64,000 nucleotides of DNA from Paraspadella gotoi (lineage: Eukaryota; Animalia; Chaetognatha): assembly GCA_051294375.1 (NCBI GenBank), contig CM119266.1, positions 8,647,093-8,711,092 of the forward strand. The letters run 5' to 3'. Positions 63,201-64,000 of the stretch are shown piece after piece. Positions within the stretch are counted from its first letter, which is position 1, and every line of letters begins with the position of its first letter. Position numbers and translations under genes: made by a program. The notes beneath the pieces are model-generated. The model worked only from the letters and a program-made list of their open reading frames with translations, was not told where the DNA came from and made no database searches.

Positions 63201-64000
63201 GCCTCTTCAGTACGGACACGGACTGGGCGATCCTGTCTTCAAAGGAGGTACGGACGGACGGATGTATACTGGCAGAGATTGGTGTAATTTAATTACGACA
63301 CCAGGCGTGTTTAACTTAAAGAAAGCAAATTGCGTTTGAATTTCAAGGAGAAAAATCCAAGTTTTTTATATTGACTCTAATTGCGAGCCTTCATCAGCAC
63401 TTCATCATGAACAAATTATTGGAGAGAGAGAGAGAGATATATATATATATATATACAAGTAAAGCTTTCAATTTATAACTTTTTATCAATTAAAGACTTA
63501 AAGCCTAAGAAGCACCGTTCGCTAAGTATAAAATGTACATAACGTTTACCATGACAAGGATATTGAAAACTGTTGGCCGAAAGTTATAGACCGCCTATGT
63601 CTAGAATTAAAGAGAAGTCCGCCTCGGACCAAAGTCGAAACTTTGAAGATTAAATTTCCGAAATCTAATCTGTAGATAAAAGTTCTATTGGATTATTTTT
63701 GTTTTTGCGATTCTGTTACAATACCTCTTTCGTTATGTTCCCGTTTGTTGGGTCTTTATATTATTTTTATACGCTTCTTAACTCTATATGGCTTTANNNN
63801 NNNNNNNNNNNNNNNNNNNNNNNNNNNNNNNNNNNNNNNNNNNNNNNNNNTTTTGTTTTTGCGATTCTGTACAAAACGCCTCTTCGTTCTGGTTCCCGTT
63901 TGTTGGATCTTTTATTTATTTTTATACGCTATATGGCTTTAGATTCATCTTGGCTTTTGTATTCATATATTCGCCTTCGCGATGGAATTCCTACAATTAG
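60270..64000 (+). repeat. Third copy of the DCLK 5' region including DCX1 exons
   Basis: Matches 44540-44986 plus 48915-51945, with DCX exons at ~62396-62544 and 63124-63247. Confidence 0.85.

Overview
AT-rich, intron-containing invertebrate animal DNA with GT-AG introns, the standard genetic code and five N-gaps plus two short N runs. Four genes lie on the minus strand: OS-9 ER lectin (7-3842, ends in RTEL), PARP1 (4481-8353), an innexin (10780-16374) and a modular trypsin-family protease (mucin-like/TSP1/[Cys module-LDLa x3] x2/S1; 17760 to at least 24894, possibly 29732). A microsatellite-rich, gene-poor region follows (~30-47 kb), then a plus-strand doublecortin-like kinase (DCLK). DCLK is full of indels and its 5' part is present three times, probably from noisy assembly. 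The most striking signal is a family of ~230-250 bp intronic mini-elements (three full copies plus a remnant). Each is a ~95-bp-arm palindrome folded back just upstream of a minimal type I hammerhead ribozyme (CUGAUGA-A-stem II-GAAACAUGUC), with a one-sided 30-40 nt tail and 13-15 bp target-site duplications. This architecture matches Penelope-like-element (PLE) derived insertions. Also present: a TSD-flanked non-autonomous hAT element, a 9x tandem array of a splice acceptor, a 12-nt microexon and a BEL/Pao gag fragment. All calls were made by eye; no searches were run.
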